Below the pieces are notes generated by a model. It searched no databases and was not told where the DNA came from. It saw nothing but the letters and a program-made list of their open reading frames with translations. The position numbers were made by a program, and so were the translations under genes. A stretch of 64,000 nt of DNA, taken from positions 124,001 to 188,000 of the forward strand of contig NMRA01000144.1 of NCBI GenBank assembly GCA_002633005.1, given 5' to 3'. This document shows positions 50,301 through 62,800 of this stretch, piece by piece. The stretch's first letter is position 1. Every line of letters starts with the position of its first letter. Origin of the DNA: Phoronis australis. Its lineage: Eukaryota; Animalia; Phoronida.

Positions 50301-53300
50301 AATCAATGTCCTCCTCTGTGTTGGGGATGGTTCTCGCTCGATAATCCAACGTTCTAATCACTCAACTGAGTATGGAAGTTTTACAAAATGTTTTTGAAAT
50401 GATATCTGGCCTCCGAAAAACTGACAATCTGTGATGGGTTGAGACTAGGCCCAATAGGTTTCAGGCGAAATGAAAGTCCCAGCCCTAAAACCCAAACTTC
50501 AAGAAACTGACACCTTGGATTTGTTCAAGGAAATTTCCATAGTTACTTTTCTTTCTGACATATGCCAAGAACTTAAAGACCTGGTCTCAAACTGCCCGTG
50601 TGGTTCCAGTATCCGAAAATACTTACCACATAAAATCTTATTTTCGACACCCTTTCTTTATAATTTTCGCCTTTCTTGCCAAAAGCGATTTTTAACAGTA
50701 TTTGACCCTTCACTGTGAGCGCATAATTACCGGCTATCATCGGTTATTTCCGTACTCCCATTTCCGGCTCATCAGGTCAGGAACTTGTCCTGAACGCCGC
50801 CATTTTTTCCTTGTAACTAAATGTGCTATCGCTTGCTCGAAAAGTCTTCATTAACTTGTTTTATTAGTAATACCTCGTGATTCGTTTTTGTGTGTAGTGT
50901 ATTTATAGTTTGTAGTGAGTGGTCGTTGGAATGTTACGCGTACGTATTATGTTAAAATAGCATTGGTGTTTAGTTCCTTACGTAGGGCGGTCGAACCAGA
51001 AACCAATATGAGTCGAACAATTTTTTCCGTTTTGATTTTTTCTCGTTTTGAAAAAGTGCTTTGATTTCATCGGAAAGGTAGTGCATTCTCCTCAGTAAAA
51101 ATCGAAAAGTATAAAAATCGGGGCAAGCACTGTAAAGTTATTGCAATTTTTGTGGCGAAATTCGGGTCACTTTGTTTGGATCGCGTCGGCTATATTGGAG
51201 GACAGCGGTATAAGTTACGAGTATAAAACTTTGTGTAAATTGTGAAATTTAGTGAGACATACACTGTACCATTACTTACTATTTTGCACGATTCAACAAT
51301 GTTCACCAAATTTTAGCCTCGCAGTTGTTACTTATTAAGTGATAAATGTGCTCACAATTCCCGTTGGACTTCGTCTCATTTCTGGCGGCACCAACAACAT
51401 GGCGACTTTTGCTGAACTGCAAGGCATGTTCAACCTGTTACTTTGTAATTTGTGAAGATTTAACGTTGATACATTTTGACAAACGTTGCTACAAAAAAGG
51501 AAGTCTGTTCAATTTTCGTGTTTTTTGTGCAAAAAATATAAGATAATTCGAATTATTTTACTGTGAATTTCCCATTCAGGTGATCTTACACTAAGCTAAA
51601 AAAACAGTTGAAATAATTTTGAAATGGTTTTTGTTAGACTATCAACTGCTGTTCAAGGCTTGATTATGTGTCACAAAATGATTCATATTTTTCTAAATTT
51701 TAGGTCTCAATTGCTTTCAAGTCATGTTTTGTAACTTATTGCTTCTTAATTCAGGTTGTCAAGTCAACAATATGAATAATCTTAATTTGAGAAATAAGCT
51801 ATGTTGGATTGTGAAGCTTCAAGCCTCCAATTCTTGTTCCTTGCAACTTCATATTTTTTAATCATGCTTGTCGAATTCTGGTGTAAGGAAACACTATTCG
51901 GTCACCATGGTTATAGTTACATGTATGTCCACTTTCATATCGTGGAAACATTTGCTGTTGTATAGTGTTTGAAATGCTAAATTTTGTAAAGTATTGGGCA
52001 TTTTAAGTTACTTATTATGTTAAAAGGTAGAATCATTTTGGCTTAATGAATAAAAAATGTTAACATTTTGTATTGGACTTGGCATACTTATGTGCTCGAA
52101 CGAGCCCCCTATTTGGAGAAATGGAAAATGGTCTGCCTCAGTTAGAGAAGCACGAACTGCGAAAAAAGTAGAAAACTAGACAAAAGTCCACTAGAAGACA
52201 GGAAGTACCAAAATTAAGCGTTTGCAATTCGTAGGTCTGAACATACCCAGTGAATCTCATAGTAAAAGGTAGACATTCCCAAAAATTTCAGCCCCCCATT
52301 TTTTTAGGCTTGGTGCGCTCACTATGCAAAGTCTGGGCAAATCTCTGTTGAAAGCCAACAACTTTGCACAGGTCGCGAGAAGACCCCAAGTTCTAAATAA
52401 ACCTCGTTTGAGCGAGCGCTGTGGCCAGGGACCAGGTAGGCCTAAGGGTAGCCTTGGCACAAAGCTGTATAGGCCTACTAACGAGCTGTATTTTGACGAT
52501 AGCCTTCATATGGGTAGCTGGCACTGAGGCTAGCTAACCTAAGGGCTGCCGCGGCAGTTTGACATACATGTAGGAGTAACCAGCCCGTAATTTTATGCAA
52601 GTGTCTGAAACGACCTTGGAATATATGTGGCATTTATGATTTGAACATTTTATTTCGACAAAACAGCTTGCAACTGCATGCCTTTACCGTTCGCCAGTGT
52701 CGTGTCTCGATCCGATAGGCTGCGGTCAGATTCCGGCAAAATAATTTCTGTGAAAAATTGTTCGCCACATTTCTTCAGCCAGTTGTCCGTGTTTTGATTT
52801 TATTAAAATTAAGGCGCGATGTCGATTATTCTATCCCTGTTTGCAGGCTAGTAACCGGCACTGCTCCAGTCGCACTGACGGCGTTTTCTTAGTCTTGGTT
52901 CCTGAATGAATTGTACTTCCGGGTTCGCGGCAAGTTCAAAATGGCGGTGGTTCTTCGGGTGAGAATCGTGAGTGGCGCGTTCATTAAAACTTTTTTTGAG
53001 TACGGATCTTGTATTAGTTATGAGGTAAGTACTTCTTGGGTCCTTATAACATCTTCTAACAATGTAATAGGGGTTACCAACGCGTGGGACCAGGTCTTTA
53101 ATAATGTCGTTTCGAAAGCTTGTGGTACATGTATAAACCAAGGAAGAAGTTTGTTTTCGACACTGACAATGACGTAGTTTACAACCATATTAAGTGTTTC
53201 TTATATTTTATATTATCATTAATATAATTCGGTGAACGTTTAGAGATAAACTAAATGTTTTCAGGGCTTTCACTCAGGCCAACTAGAGAAAGAGACTGAG

Positions 53301-54915
53301 GGCTTCATGAATGAGGCATTAATCATAACTAAAACTGGGCTTTCAAGAAAGCTTTTGAGGAGTTCCGGCAGATGTCGCACGTACCCCCACTAGTTCCGAG
53401 GGCTCGCGTCTTACGTACAGGGTAATTCCATAAGTTTTCCAGCTGGCAAGGAGCCGCTGAGCTTGGAGCAATTGGACTTAGACTTCGAAGAGATGTAATC
53501 AATAAACATTACGCAATATGTGAGACTGTATCTGTGACTTTTTGGCGGATGTTCTAACCACCATCTAAATTTCCACGAAAACGTTCTTACATTTTGTACC
53601 TGTAGTAGTAATGATTCTTTTGCCCGTGATCATTTATCACTAACTGAAGGGAACATAAGGAAGCTCATATTCTCCCCTACTCGAATCGGGTGCTCGAAAC
53701 CCTCGGCCAACGGTAGTCCATTTCGACTAATTTCTGCAGGGGAATGCCGATAGAAACTATGTTATCCGCACCATTTTCTTTGTATTTTTGTTAATGTTAG
53801 TATCCTATTGGGCAAATTGCACCCTTTCACGTTTGATGGGACTCATTTGATTATACAACACAGGCCTGATCATTGTGGTATGAGTAAATGAACTGAGAAA
53901 CTCTTTCTATACAAAAAGCTCCAACCCCCACCCCCTCCCACGTAAATTTAGGGAACTTGGTAGCTACCTGATGAAAACGCCACACGGCGTCCTGCAATAT
54001 GATCCCCGAGTTAGGAAAGCACTCATTCAATCTGTGACTTTGTAACAAAATTTTCAGACGAATTTTATTCATGACAGCCCATCACGAAAGACTCAGATCA
54101 GTCTGTTAGTTCCCTGTGGCCACCCTTTTTCCTTTCAACCCTCCTCAGCCCCCAATCTCCTTTCCCGACATCAATACATACTGTACTGTACATGTATCAT
54201 ATTCTGTCCCGATCACCGCCCATTCCCCGCAGCCAACTTCCTCTCCCTAGTAACTAGTTGACTATTCTCGACAACCTAAGAATGTGAAAAAATCGTAGGT
54301 TGCCGTGACGCTCTAAGGTGAGCATTCTCGGTTTCAAAACCGTTTTATACATTTGTACGTATGTTTATACCCGTGCGTTTGATTACATTTGAAATAATGA
54401 TTTGTTGTGTTTTTCAACTCTTTAGCAAAGGGTGGGTACTGTTAAGTGAGTAAAACGCGGACGTTAGACGTGAAATATAGGTCGTGTTTTATGTAATTTA
54501 AAAGCACTAAAGAACAAGAACATAGATAACTAATTAAGAATCAAAACAAAACGATATTTACCTTAAACACACCACTGACGTCATTTACCCATGACCACTG
54601 GTTACCGTCTTTGCTATACTGTACCAGATAAGAAGTGACAAACTGCTCTTTTTGTTGCGAATGTCCTTTGATTACAATGCCTGTTACATTTCTAACCTGA
54701 CCCAGGTCAAAGTTTATCCATGGAATCTCATTCGCATCTTTCGGAGACCACGCTCCCTTTTCCGGATCATCTTTAGTTCTGAATATGCGTGCCCTACTCG
54801 GTCCCATATTGTTCTTTGAGGACGACGCCGTGATGTCCTGATCAGCTATGGGTTGATCACCCGAGACTAACAATCTGGTGCACGGGTGGGCATCAATGTC
54901 CTCAATTTGCATCAT
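44325..54915 (-). CDS. Single discoidin/F5-8 type C (FA58C) domain protein of about 164 aa; coding exons 54915-54562 and 44465-44325
   Basis: Upstream coding exon: ITASSS..GPSRARI..GAWSP..PWINFDLGQVRNVTGIVIKG..FVTSYLVQYSKDGNQW..VFK|GTAAAT. Last exon after TTACAG (phase 0): TFQGNFDTETIKVNAISPLIQAQHIRIYAYTWYGWIALRADVLGCL-stop. AATAAA on the minus strand at about 44072-44081. Confidence 0.88.
44899..48377 (+). mobile_element. Sola3-type DNA transposon (degenerate), inside the discoidin gene intron
   Basis: TTAA|GAGGCAGTCCATATAAAAACCA ... TGGTTTTTATATGGAGTCACTC|TTAA. GAG termini with TTAA duplication are the Sola3 pattern, and there is an internal transposase relic. Confidence 0.8.
46030..46992 (+). 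pseudogene. Sola3-type DDD transposase fragment
   Basis: SGNAGCYH..YDFSESQNGKDLCDRKIAPLKQH..LKEALLSSG, and C-terminal STRFSSKVKNFLTNIFDEGE..QIGGFF, interrupted by stops and frameshifts. Confidence 0.7.
49567..50361 (-). mobile_element. Second 5'-truncated Penelope-like copy, inverted relative to 37052-37818
   Basis: ORF 50361-49645 is nearly identical in protein to the first copy and has the same 3' tail. Confidence 0.92.
49611..49653 (-). ncRNA. Minimal hammerhead ribozyme motif (same variant core)
   Basis: Reverse complement reads GTGGCCTGATGAAGTCCTCGAGAGGAGGACGCAACGTAGCCAT. Confidence 0.75.
50585..53085 (+). repeat. Duplicated block B, copy 2
   Basis: Colinear with 16944-19499. Confidence 0.95.
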
Positions 54916-55148
54916 TCTGTTCTGTCCTTGCACAGATCTATCATTTCCAAACAAAAAAGGACACATAACAATAGGGCTGAAATTGTCTTCGCCAAAACAG
55001 CAAACAAGTTATTCTTACTATTTTCTTAAGATAATTCATAAGACCTTGGCGACTAATCTGTGTATTCACAGTTTTTAGTTTTTAACTCAGTAAAAGTATA
55101 TATTTCGTGAAAGTAGAAAGCCTGTATAATTTGAAGTTTGAAATGCAC

Positions 55149-55266
55149 CTTCTAGGAGTTTGAAAAGCGAAGCGTCGCGTACTGCATCCACTACATAGGC
55201 TCAGTGCCACGAGCGTGTGAATACTGGCAGCAGCGTCCAAATGCAGTAACCAGCTCAGCTTTTATA
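55149..55266 (-). promoter_or_regulatory. Candidate TATA box and first exon of the discoidin gene
   Basis: TATAAAAG on the minus strand at 55266-55259, possible donor AAG|GTGCAT at 55149/55148, and acceptor GATAG| at 54938/54937. Confidence 0.4.
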
Positions 55267-56816
55267 CGCGAAGGATTGTGGAACAACGGGAATCCAGAGT
55301 AACACAGCTGGTAGACGCAAAAAACCGGAAAATACAAACCTTTTTTCTTTTCAAGAATTAAACTAACGTCTCAATATTATTTTCAAATTGCAGGGCCAAA
55401 ACATAGCGATACCAAACCAGATTTTTTATTTCACATTAGACATGCACCAAGAGTTTTTGTACACTTACATTCATAAATAACTCAGACACATTGCGTCCCA
55501 TGCCAGGAGCAAATCATTTACCAGAAAAGTTTAACAATGCCAGGAGCACGTGACCAATCAGTAGCAAGTGACCACTCAAAGTGATGACGTCAGTACCAGG
55601 TAGGCAAGGATTCAACAAAGTTCCCTGAATCGTTTGCGTATTTGCTTCGCTCTATAGTCACAAGCGTGGTATTTTTTATCCCTTTATATTTATTATGTGC
55701 TCTTTTTTGACGAAATTGATGACATTTTGTAATAATATAACTGAAAATGGAGTTCTTAATTCAGTTAAAATAATTAGGCACTTATATAGTCCTTAAATTA
55801 GGAGCGTTGCATGAGAATTCAACGTAGAGTTTACTTTCGGTTTTGTATCAAAGTCAAACAGGACACTCAAACAGCATAAGAAAGGACAATCAGTGTTTTC
55901 ACAAGCCAACAAATATGCTGTAGACTTAGGAAACTTAGTTGAGTCCCTATTTGGTACTGTTTTATGCAACCAGGCACAGATGTCTCAAACGTAAGCCGTC
56001 TTAGGTCAAGTGAATGACGTCATCATTTTTGTGCTCGCGTTTTCCTGTCCCGGTTGCATGAAAAGGTCACAAATACATGTAGGGACTCCACTAAGTTCCT
56101 TAATATTTCTGCTTACAGTTGTGAATTGATTGTCCTTTATGATGATGTTTTAGTTTTATTGCTAAGACAGTTGTTGGCTTTGGTACAAAGAGAGGGCAAA
56201 TTTTACCTTCAATTATCAACATTATTGAATATAAGTAGGTACCTTTTTATGCAACGCCCATAATATAGGTACCACTGAGCTAAGGGCTCAAATTTTATTT
56301 GTTAGAAAATGCCGTTGGTCAGAGAGGATGTCATGATAAGGATAAAATGACAGGAAAAGATTACATCTGGAAGTAAAACACAAATACTTAGTTGAGGCCC
56401 TATTTGGGACTGTTTCTTTCACTTGATATGCAATGCAGTATAAATTATTTTCTTTATGGAGTAATTGCTGGAGTGAAAAATGAAATTCTAGTAAACTCAT
56501 TTTGTGAAAGAGATTTGTTAATTCTTGCACAGGAGTTAATTTTGGGATAGCGAAATTAGTGATTTAGAAATGTTCCGTTTTACATTGTGCTTGGAATTAG
56601 TCACTCTAGAAGGTGAGTCAATGTCCCAGTGATGTGTACTCTGATGGGAGATATTCTTATAACTCCCCCTCTCTCAGTCATAAATCGTCATCTTTTCCTG
56701 CCCACCCCCAAACTCGAGTGGTGATGTAATACAGTATGTGAACGTTCTCATACATAGTATTAGCTGTGTCACATCAAGTATGTCATGTTGTGATACTGGC
56801 ATAGTGTTCATAATGG

Positions 56817-59800
56817 TTAAGCTGGTAAACAAGTACGTCGGGCAAGCGTGGGAGCAAACCGGCCACATGGAGGTTATACGTGTTGTGTGCCTGGCTGCTA
56901 TAATACCAGTTAGCGAGATAAAGAATTTAGTTACTACCTGTTTCCCAAGGATCAAGAACTGCGTTAAACATGAGTCAGACACATCGGTAGAGCTGATAGC
57001 AAAGGCCGACTTAGCGAATTCTTTCCGACTTCGTACTGAGCATAAAGTATGCCGCGCTAAATTTTGAGGGCGGCAAGAAAACGTATCTCATTGGAAACTG
57101 CCCAACAATATTTCCCTTGAAAGAAACAGTAACAAATACTCCACGGCAGTTGGTAGTGAAAAAAAAACTTGTTTTCGCTTGACCAGAACCAAGCCAACAT
57201 GAGCAATTTTGAGGATAATCACGGCCTCTGCACAATCACCTATTCTGGGTCGACTCAACGTACGCACACTTTTTGCATTAACGCGCTAAGATAAATCGTG
57301 TAGAATATTATTATTTACTTTCTACAAGACTGTGGTGCATTGCTATCAAAATTCGTTGTCAAATTACGATCATTTTTCAGAAAATTGTGCTGAAACCCAA
57401 GGGCGAATTCTCGCCGACAAATGCGTAGCTGCCGGTCTCGCAATCGTTAATGGGGCTTGAATTCTTGAATAAGAATACAGCTTCGACTCAACAAATTACC
57501 TGAAATCCTCCTCAAGTTTTCCAAATAGCGTCTCTAAGATTTTTAAGTTCTTATGGAGTCTGGATTAACGGCAGATTAAGTCCAAATCTGCGCTAGATTG
57601 TAACCCGCAACACGAGAACAATCTCTGGAGGAACACACATGTTGTTGTCACGTGACGTTTGTTTTGAAGTTTGTACATGGATGCGTGTGTGTGTGAGTAA
57701 GCGTGTGTGTGCTTGTCGTCAGAGTTCATTTGCCAGAGTAAATGCGATGTAATGATCTAGGTGTGCATTGTATCCGAAGAAATTTTAGTTAACTCAAGCA
57801 GTCAAGCAGAGCGTGTTTTAATATTTAGCTTAACACTTGCTGGCCTCATCTGCTAAAAAACGTTAGAGAATTGTTTTAGTAAGACTGATAGCCTACATGT
57901 ATGTCACTAGCTCATGAGTCGCCGGGTGAGTGGATGCGTGACCGTAGGGTATTCCGGAAGATTCAGGGTGTAAGGGTGCGAAGGTGTTCACTATCAGTGG
58001 GTCATTTTGACTTTAAAAACACCAATTGCACTGTATGATTAGTTAAATAATTTCTCTTAAAAATAATGCAAAAGTTTTTAAAGGTATTAGAAACTTTCGG
58101 AATTAGTGCCAATATTTATTTCTTGCCGATGCTATGTTACCCGTTTCATGAATAGATAGTTCCCAACTACATGTAAATGTCTTCGATGACAGCCGGTACA
58201 TTAAGCCGCGCGTTTCTTGGCCGCGTGCTAACACTGGTCGAGTTTTTTTATTAGTCTTCGATTCACGGTTTTCACGTGTACAAAGAAGTTTGGATTCCTG
58301 TTGAGGCCGGAGAAGATCCGTACCGGAAAGAAACAATGAAAGCACGCTGACAAGTACACTGCGTCTGTCTTCAAAGTCCAGGCCCGCGTAGTCGGGCACA
58401 TCCCTCGCAAGAGCAGCAAAACATTTGCGTTCTTTTTGAATCGCGGGGTAAGTTTGAAGTGTATACGGACGTTACGGTGAGGCTCGTGGTCTACAAATTC
58501 AGGACTGTCGGATCTAATCTTTCAAATGATAAATTGGGGACGTTAGAACTGTAGGTAAAGCATTTTTCTCATGTACATGTAGTTCATGGCCTGGGCGCCA
58601 TTACCAGCAATTCGTAAACTAGGTCATCCGCCAGGTTCTCTGCGTAAACTAGGTCATCGCTTATGGACCAGTTAGCGCTTCACTCTCCGCGTGTCTACTG
58701 GAGAGAAGCACCAGGAAGGCTGTTCTACATTTTGTAGCCCAAAATTACCAAAGTTCAAATATATTCCGTTAAAAAGGAAAGACAAAACATATTATTACAG
58801 ATGTCTGACCAATATCATGAATCACCACTCGTAAGCAAATCAAAGCTGTCCTTACTCGTTGCCTTATCTCGCACTACCGAGTCAATCGACTAGTTTTCAG
58901 TTCGCAATGCAACAATACAATTCTCATAAATTCAACTTGTAATGAACCCTTTCAATTCTAAACCATGCCCGAAGTACTCGGAGACAAATTATTGTTAGGG
59001 ACGACGAGGTTTTTTTCCCTGAAGTGGATCGTAAACACCTCATGTGAGTTTTCCGCACACAGCTTCTTTGGTTCACAGCTGAATTTTAGCTCCCATACTA
59101 CTATGGGCCGGGCCGATCAAGGGCCAATCCCTGTTGTACGCACTACTTATAGCGTTTGAATCAAACTGCTATATATAGAGAAAATGTTTATTAGTATACT
59201 GGTGTAAATATTATCAGTGATTTAACCAAAAACTTCGAATTTACTAGACCCACTAATGATAGTCTATGGTGATGACCTGATATCCAAAGGCCAAAATTGG
59301 CAATTTTCGGCGACCCCATGTTAAATACAAAATTTTGTCTAATTTTCTTCAAACTCCTACATTTCAATCTTGATTATACTGACATCTGTTGGGTCTATCG
59401 GCAACTAACCGCACATGAAAGGCTTGGTCGAAAATTATCGTTTTGTCACATGCACTTTCGGGTTTTTAGCGGCGATTCCACTGATCGAAGCGACAAAATA
59501 AGCCAAAACTTTGGCCATACCATGTTAAACATATTTTTTTTCCAATTTTGCTGAAACTTGGCCACGTTTTTAACAAAATACTTATCTATGTTATGTGCTA
59601 TCGGCAAATGTGATTGATTCATAAATAAGACCCTCACGCTGTTTTCTGCGAATCCCATGTATCCCGAAGGGGGCTAACTGAGTGATTTTCGCGCATGCGC
59701 AGTTCACGGTTTCAATATTGTTGGTAATGCTTACTTTAGCAAAGTCTGAAAACGCGTTGGGGCACTTTTTGGGACATAGGCGCTTATTAGGGCCAATAGC

Positions 59801-62800
59801 GACAGAATTACATACAGCAGCGTAGTTCAATACGCACAAATCACACGTCGTGCAAACCAATCGGCCATTCCATATACCCTAATCAATCCCAATAACCTTT
59901 GCGCAACCTATTTTCCGGACATGCGCAATCGTTAAATCGATTCGGTTGCAACTCCGCTATTACACGATTGTGCTGGCCATTGGAGGCTAGTATTGTGGAA
60001 TAAAAATCTCGTATTTGCCCGAGCTCAATATTGGTTGAATGACAATATACATGTACACGTAGGCAAACTTGAGGTCACGTGTAATAGCTCCTGGCTGGTT
60101 GCCTGCGTGCCGCTAGGCGGTAGCCTGGTGGCTACCTAGCGGCACGCAGGGCACCAGCGAGTAATAGTTCAAGCACACTGTGAACTATCAGCCAATCAAA
60201 GAGTAGACAAGGTGCTTATGAATCATTTTGAATTGCACAAGAAGTTTGTCTTTAAACACGTATAGGATAATGCACATGTACTGTGCGCCAAAGAAAACGT
60301 CGTACGGAAACTCATGAAAATTGCCGTTATCAATGACATTTATTTCGATGCGAATATTCAAAATGAAACCTCAGAAATGCTGTCATAATTTTCTAATTTA
60401 TTTTTTTGATTTTATTTCTGAAATTTTAGATGAAATTGGTATTTTGTTAATATTAACAACGTCTTAAAGAGGCACGGAACGCGAAAACTCTTCAAAACTA
60501 TCTTTGATACAACTCCTGACAAAAGTACAATCTCCCAACGTCTACTACAGAGTTATTCAATTTCTCCCCTTTAGGAAATTTCCAAAAAAATCACAAAATT
60601 GAATCTTGAAACACGGCGAAGGAAAAAACTCTGTAGTCACTACATACTTTCTAATCTTTCTCCCACTTGTGATGAATGCGCCCATGCGCTAACAGTCATT
60701 CGACAAACAGCTGACTGATAAGAAGGATATTACATGTACGTGTGACTGGAGTCCCAATCTCAGGTCTACACTAGAGTATGAGGCAAGACAATGAAGCAAG
60801 AGATTTCTCAGAGAGAATTATAAGTGGATTTTAAAGCATATTTGAGTACTACGATAACTTTGTAACTAATTTTAAACATCAAATGCCTCTTAATCGGCCT
60901 CATGCTTGACGTGGCCAATGTTTTGTTTACATCAAATATGAAGGATCGCATTTTCTACATAAGAAAAGCGCTACATGTACGTCTGTGTCTCGCCATACCA
61001 AATAAGGAGACGTGTTTTGTCTTTCCTAAGAAAAATCAACGAAGTGACAACCATTTGGCCGATCGTTTTTTTAGAAGTTTGAAACTAAAAGAAAAGCACT
61101 TTGACATCAGCAAAAAAAATTTGATTTTTAGGAGCTAACCGTGATATGGTGAATTCGTTGAATACTGTTTCAGCGAAAGAGAATGTTCGTTTTTCAGCGT
61201 TCCAGGCCTCTTCAAGATTTTTCTAAAACACTGCAAAAGTGAAACGTTTGAACTAAAACCCTCCATACAGCCTGCATGAAAGTTTAATTTGAATTCAATT
61301 AATCATTTCGGAAACTCGATGTTCCAAAGTAAACCAAAACGTGACATTTTTGTAGGGCTACTTATAACCTCGGACACGTTTTATCGAAAAGTCTGGTTTT
61401 AGCTCGGGCGGTTTTAACTTTGATTTACACCTAGCTATTTGTCGTGGCTTACGAACGCTCTCGTTAATTCTGAATATGAACATGGAAAATATGGAATTGT
61501 ATCAGCTGCAACGTTTTGGCACTTCGAAAAAACGAAGCAGTTTGTATCTACTGTATTTTAGCAGACTACAAAACGACACGTGGTCCGAATATGGGTTTAA
61601 TAAATTACCGTAGTCATTGCAGTCATGGTAATGCCAAAACTTTTGCAATATTCTTACTGAACATCTACCCTCGTACTATTTACTGAGCTTGGAGTACCAT
61701 GACGGAAGCAAAAGATTATTCATTTTCTCCGATATATTAACCCACTGACAATTTGTACAAATCTGACTTATAATAACTTAGAGCAGTGTAGTTATAATTG
61801 CGCTTTTGACGAAAATTTTCGAAGAACTTGATTAAAAACAAAAAATTGTTTTTGTTTACCTGTCCTGCATGTTTTCTTGCTTCTCATATGCGGCCTCATG
61901 CACGTCAAACCCATTCTCGTCTACCAAGGGTTGACTAACAGCTAAGACGGCCAAGAAAAGAGTCGTGAGAGCGTTTCTAGTAAACATGGTAGGCTCGGTA
62001 GCAGTTTTTCAGGTTCTCTGGCGAATGCTATATGGTATTGAATAAATGCAAGGCGGCCTTTATATGATTTTGTGTCACATTGGTGATCACTCACAAGGCA
62101 CATGCAATTTATCTACAGAAAATTCTCGTATATTAGCCCAGACGAAAACACGCCCGGTGGACGTAGGCTATACAGCGTATACGAATAGGAAACTACTGTA
62201 CAACCATGTCGTATACATGTATATTCGAAAAAAATTGCATGGTTGAATCACAAATGTTCTCACATAAATTGACACAAAAACGCACACTCTTCTTTACAAT
62301 AACCATTTAACTTTTTTGAACCACGGTTGAATTTTCTTGACTCACTTTCTTTGAAATTGTCGCCTGCTTGGTTGGCTGAGCATTTTGAATATTGTAAAGC
62401 ATGCGAAGGTACAAATGGCATGTGCTATATACTTTTGAGTCTGCTCTAAGTGAAAGAGTGCCAGTTGTTTACCTCTTGACCAACTTTTTGCCAGTCGTGG
62501 TTTTCCTGAAATCTTTACTTCTTGCAGGAAGTCAAGTACCTTTCAGAAACTTTGAATTTGTAAAACATCATAATGATCGATTCCCACTTTTCACCTGATT
62601 TCAGTAAACTGGAGAGTTTTAGCAAACTGTCTCAACGAACTGTCTCTCAGTTGCTAATCGCATGCAAATAGTGACTTTGAGGTGAAAACTGCTGGTATTT
62701 GCTTTTTTCAAGCACTTCTGGTAGCCATAAAGGACGGGAAATTGACTTTGGAATCAGTTTCACAGACCCGTAGCCAGGACGTTCGGGGTTCAATCAAAGA

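Noticed and set aside
53120-53591. Possible solo LTR (AATAAA then ..TTACA end)
   Set aside because: No matching TG start with a target-site duplication could be identified.
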